DNA from: an uncultured Candidatus Micrarchaeota archaeon
Lineage (GTDB): Archaea; Micrarchaeota; Micrarchaeia; Anstonellales; Bilamarchaeaceae
Length of the DNA stretch: 64,000 bases
Reading direction: 5' to 3'
Assembly (NCBI GenBank): GCA_963714085.1
Contig: OY970229.1
Coordinates: forward strand, 1,344,001 to 1,408,000
The stretch's first letter is position 1. Each line of letters starts with the position of its first letter. The position numbers and the translations under genes were made by a program. A model generated the notes under the pieces. That model was not told where the DNA came from. It saw only the letters and a list, made by a program, of their open reading frames with translations, and did no database searches. Positions 61,701 to 64,000 of this stretch are shown one piece after another.

Positions 61701-64000
61701 AGTTCCTATGACACGATCATAAACTCCACCGCGGCATCGAGCGTAGGCGCGGGCTTCAACATCCACTCGAGCACCAATAACGCGATAATCGATTCCACCG
61801 GAATCTCGGACTCGAACAAGGGCATCGACCTCTTCTCGGGCTCCAGCTACAACTCGATAATCAACTCCACCGGGACGTCCAACTCGGACAACGGCATCTA
61901 CCTGTACACGGGCTGCGATTACAACAACATCAGCGGCTCCACCGGGACATCCAACACGAGCAACGGCATCCTGCTATGGGTGGACTCCAACGACACGATC
62001 ATCAATTCCACAGGCATATCCGGCTCGTATTTCGCCATCCACGTCCTCTCGAGCACCGGCAGTATCATCATAAACTCGACAGGAACCAGCTCTTTGCAGG
62101 GCATCCTGCTCGAGTCAAGCTCCCACGACCAGGTCATCGGTGGAACGTACAGCGGAAACCCGGCCATCCACGTCTTTAACTCCAATTATGAATCAATCGT
62201 CAACTCGACAGGCACCTCAAGCTCATTCGCGGGCATACAGCTCAACGCCGGAAGCAGCAACAACACGGTAACCGGCTCCACCTTGTCCGGCGGCTCGAGC
62301 TATGGCATCTTCATCAGCGACGGGAGCTACAACACCTTCCTCGCCAACACTATCAGGGGCGACCGCTGGGTATCCGACGCGAATGAGACCGATGTCTACA
62401 ACGACTCCACATCCGGTAACATCTACTATCTGGCAAACGGCACGCCGGCCAAGAGCGTATACGACATCCACAGCAGCACCTCGACGTGGGCTGACTCAGG
62501 CAGCGACCTGCCGTTCAGCTCATCGCTGTCCGGCGGGCAATGGAGCGGCGACGGCCAGGACTGGCATCCGTGGGTCGGGCCGTATTCCGGCTGTGTCAAC
62601 CTCTCTGACCCGTCCACCTACCAGGGCGAAGTCTCGGGCGACAACGAAACAGCCGGCTTCAGCGTCAACAGCTCGATAACCCTGTGCACGGACAACTACT
62701 CGTTCGGCGGCGTCACAGCGCTCACGGTCACGGAGCCGTACGTCACGATAGACTGCGCCGGTGCCTCGATGACCGGAGAGCCCCTCGACGGAGCCTACGG
62801 CATCTATTCCAGCCAGTCCAACACTACTATCGAGAACTGTATGATCCAGAACTTCACTTACGGCATCTACATGGAGGGCGCGAGCGGCGCTATCATCTAT
62901 AACAACACCGTGCAGAACCTCACCGGAGCCGGATTCGGCATCTGGAACTATCTCCCCGGTGGAACGAGCGCAGGAGTATACCTCAATAATTCAACGGACA
63001 GCGTGATATCCTCGAACACGTTCTCAGGCATCACCGGCGGCTACGGAGGCGGGAACCCATATACGGGCGGCCGCGGCGGCGACGGCGGCAACGCATTCGG
63101 CGTCTATCTCGCCAACTCCGCGTCCGACAGCGTCTACTCGAACTCGGTCTCCTCCCTCACCGGAGGCGCCGGCGGCTACAGCTACGGCTTCCCCGGTTCC
63201 AACGGCGGCGCGGCAGCAGGAGTGTATCTCGTCGATTTCTCGTCCGGCAACGTCTCCTCCAACTCGATCTCCTCGCTCACCGGCGGCGATGCCGGCAACG
63301 GCGGCACCGGGGGCGACGCGCTGGGAATCTACTTCATAGGCTCCTCATCCAACAACGTCTCATCGAACTCGGTCTCCTCAATCAGCGGCGGCCCCGGCTA
63401 CTACGCCGCCACCGTGTCGGCCATCTTCCTCACCGGTTCGGACCACAACACCCTGCTCGGCAACGCCCTTCAGAGCGCCCATTGGGTCTACGACGACACT
63501 GACACCAACTCGTTCAACAACTCTTTCATGGGCAACATATACTACCTCGCCAACGGCACCGGCTCATGGCTGGTCTACAACATCACGGACAACAACAGCG
63601 ACGGCTGGGCGGACGTCGGAAGCGACCTGCCCTTCAGCTCCTCCACGCAGGTAGGCATCGACGGCCATTGGGTTGGCAGCGGCGAGGACTGGCATCCGAG
63701 AATAGTCTACATAGGCTGCGTGAACCTCTCAAACCCCGGGACCTACCAGGGCAACATCTCCGGTTCGATGGGCTCCGGCTTCAGCGTCAACGGCTCCATC
63801 ACGCTGTGTCCGGACAACTATTCTTTCGGCTATATCAATGCCCTTAACGTGGAAGCGGACAACGTGGCGATAGACTGCAACGGCAGTTCGATAACCGGCA
63901 GCGGCGGCTACGAAGGCGTCTACAGCGACTATACCAACACCACGGTGGAGAACTGCAACATCGTGGACTTCAACCAAGGAGTCGAATTCGACGGCGCGAC
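55728..64000 (+). CDS. Giant modular surface protein (>2750 aa, partial): signal peptide, 2 EGF-like, 7 beta-helix modules, LamG
   Basis: MRVYAFLGVLLILAGLCLS signal; same frame at each module start checked through 63714; absent from ORF track, consistent with no stop in the window; LamG FNGSIDEVRIWKTALS near 61010. Confidence 0.9.
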   Translation, partial: MRVYAFLGVLLILAGLCLSLDGWGIFNQYQGHTALGSTGFPLSVRLDAADSNSGSHLSLSPVSSGASMDSFYPTIFQLSGFGARYASLEGDSSDNGSACSSPADCNYDGDCVGGVCSCYSGWTGSTCAVPSCDGGPCNSVMGNSLMSIGCVNLSSTSTYQGKVSGTIAHGLRVNGSITLCQGTYSFPSGVTALTIKADNVVINCNGSSIIGSNSSNVYAFYSTHDYTVIQNCNISDFSTGIYFDGTSNGWIDNTTVSTTYDYSFPNGIGILLDGAATNTISNSSLYAPNGYGAYLESSDDNVLASNSFLSGSGALLYIDSSASNTLYWNNFTDTSGYYVDDEAGGNFYNATIGAQNEGNIWYDVMAGSVNVTGPTSSSGFPSLYIGDRGPGYPYDSNVTGKVTSNVADYAPLTPYQTIDCSGLSNCSGNGECTGYNVCSCNGGWSGDSCDTPPYSGCVDLTNSSTFNDSISGSIGSGFTVIGPITLCQDNYSIPGVTALTVTEPDVAIDCAGSSITGNQVGNGIEVDSSDNVTVENCIISDYNNGVEYSSSNNGTVLNDAAYNNLQYGFSLSSSSGDLFSNNTASSNDVSGIYLSSSSNDTIVDNNASANGGAPTSYGIYLDTSSNDTLANNEADSNGAAGTTYGYGIYLSSSSNDTLINNDVSSNSVTSTGSIGGGGLSEGYGIYLTSSSDNTIANNNVSSNDGNIVVCGSAYGFGIYLDSGSSYNILSNNTADSNSGNNGGGSGVGIGLVLNTGSDYNTLSNNTVSSTSASSNGLYPCATPVVAAYGLVVGASSNNVLSNNTITNTTATNGNDEAVYFQSSDYNTFLGNTLQGAHWVYDDTDTNAFNDSTSGNIYYLANGTGAWGVYSIFDTNGDGWADIGSALPFSSSLSGGQWSGDGQDWHPATANDCVNLSDPSTYQGNVTGVMASGLTVTGSITLCEDNYSFSGVTALTVTEPNVTIDCAGSLISGDNTTGTYGVYSDQFNTSVENCGISSFDTAIAYSGDNGTIENTNILSSASYGISLSSSSYDDISDSTVTAPDYAISLASSSDNVIENTTLESSGGTGTLLTADISSGGNTFYWDNFSNPASQYVNDANGGNFYNATEGNLWGNVLNGSVNITGTESSTGFPSLYVGNGGSGYPYDDANSMGMVTGVTDHAPLTSSPYSGCVNLSDPSTYDGDISGSIGSGFSVNGSITLCEDNYSFSGVTALTVTEPDVTVDCAGNYISSDSGSYDGIYSIYNSTVVQNCNINGFQYGIDFEGVNYGIINDTYSNGSTRGISLSDSNYDNIINSTGGDEGIAGIEIYQSSYNNITDSEGIGTGYGNGISFESSSDNILTNVTASSESEYGIYCYGATDNTISGSMLSGGSGALDMEGSSNDNVVANSTMDGMATMALSVDSTSNGNAFVNNTLQDAAPLVEVAGSGNTFCWDNFTDTSGYYVTDTSSGANYYDSALCNGEGNIWANVMDGEAGINGTTPSTGFPSLFIGNATYNDSDSLGKVSGVADDEPLTANAAGPVSPVFFVPQTPDNGSNTTNPFVGINVSIAAQNPNSVVYNWNGTNFTMYDSSLVLMLNLDNNSALGEDATHFTDESSSSTNLTCTDPACPTLVPGRYGNAYSFDGVDDFIGTGSANLNFGAGQPYTLALWIYPLSTGPTFMSLGGDEGTPGYYSEYLSLNGDQTVRLGLRQAWMGDWVAVNSNAPVSLDAWNYVVAVNDGSNLMLYVNGVPSGTVPLGSFGSYPLASNDLYIGEQTSIGSNYFNGSIDEVRIWKTALSQQQVYEQYASNLQEYNGTQWYLYVDQARNATAGLAPGAYTFQVYAANGTGMFSTEERTVNALYSGCVNLTDPSTYQDEVSGDNDTTGFTVNSSITLCPDSYSFGDVNALTVTEPNVTIDCAGSSLTGDNTTGTFGISSSQFNTTIENCNVGDFSTGILFNGASNGTIDNTNASTTHGSSYPYDGIGIVLGNGAQYDTIIDSNGTAISSVGIYLDSSSYDTIINSTAASSVGAGFNIHSSTNNAIIDSTGISDSNKGIDLFSGSSYNSIINSTGTSNSDNGIYLYTGCDYNNISGSTGTSNTSNGILLWVDSNDTIINSTGISGSYFAIHVLSSTGSIIINSTGTSSLQGILLESSSHDQVIGGTYSGNPAIHVFNSNYESIVNSTGTSSSFAGIQLNAGSSNNTVTGSTLSGGSSYGIFISDGSYNTFLANTIRGDRWVSDANETDVYNDSTSGNIYYLANGTPAKSVYDIHSSTSTWADSGSDLPFSSSLSGGQWSGDGQDWHPWVGPYSGCVNLSDPSTYQGEVSGDNETAGFSVNSSITLCTDNYSFGGVTALTVTEPYVTIDCAGASMTGEPLDGAYGIYSSQSNTTIENCMIQNFTYGIYMEGASGAIIYNNTVQNLTGAGFGIWNYLPGGTSAGVYLNNSTDSVISSNTFSGITGGYGGGNPYTGGRGGDGGNAFGVYLANSASDSVYSNSVSSLTGGAGGYSYGFPGSNGGAAAGVYLVDFSSGNVSSNSISSLTGGDAGNGGTGGDALGIYFIGSSSNNVSSNSVSSISGGPGYYAATVSAIFLTGSDHNTLLGNALQSAHWVYDDTDTNSFNNSFMGNIYYLANGTGSWLVYNITDNNSDGWADVGSDLPFSSSTQVGIDGHWVGSGEDWHPRIVYIGCVNLSNPGTYQGNISGSMGSGFSVNGSITLCPDNYSFGYINALNVEADNVAIDCNGSSITGSGGYEGVYSDYTNTTVENCNIVDFNQGVEFDGA

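Noticed and set aside
56172..63800. Repeats as a CRISPR array or DGR template/variable pair
   Set aside because: Repeats are in-frame protein modules at irregular kb spacing; no reverse transcriptase and no adenine-restricted mismatch pattern seen

Overview
GC-rich archaeal chromosomal segment, most consistent with a DPANN lineage such as Micrarchaeota (inferred from the gene repertoire, not from a phylogeny). Core content: the S10/spc ribosomal superoperon (rpl3 to secY-adk), ftsZ-secE-spt5, a stand-alone 5S rRNA, tRNA-Gly(CCC), an intron-containing tRNA-Ser(GGA), glyA, thiI, a relocated DUF106-cmk-rpl14e-cbf5 block, rsmA, serS, EF-2, AmmeMemoRadiSam A and B, and a PAS histidine kinase with a receiver protein. 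Notable accessory content: (1) a TrmB-controlled HD-hydrolase plus ATP-grasp-less phosphohistidine (PEP-utilizer mobile domain) operon with a perfect palindromic operator; (2) a 521-aa protein with two degenerate GGDEF-like palm domains; (3) a ~3.3-kb insertion splitting the ribosomal operon, which includes a synonymously diverged duplicate of the rnp1 3' end; (4) tandem paralog pairs (transglutaminase-like proteins lacking the catalytic Cys and sharing a duplicated promoter; two methyltransferases); (5) long structured 5' leaders before rpl3 and rps17; (6) a >2750-aa modular surface protein with EGF-like, beta-helix and LamG domains running off the right end. No CRISPR array, integrase or transposase was seen. 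All family assignments are by eye from motifs; no searches were run.
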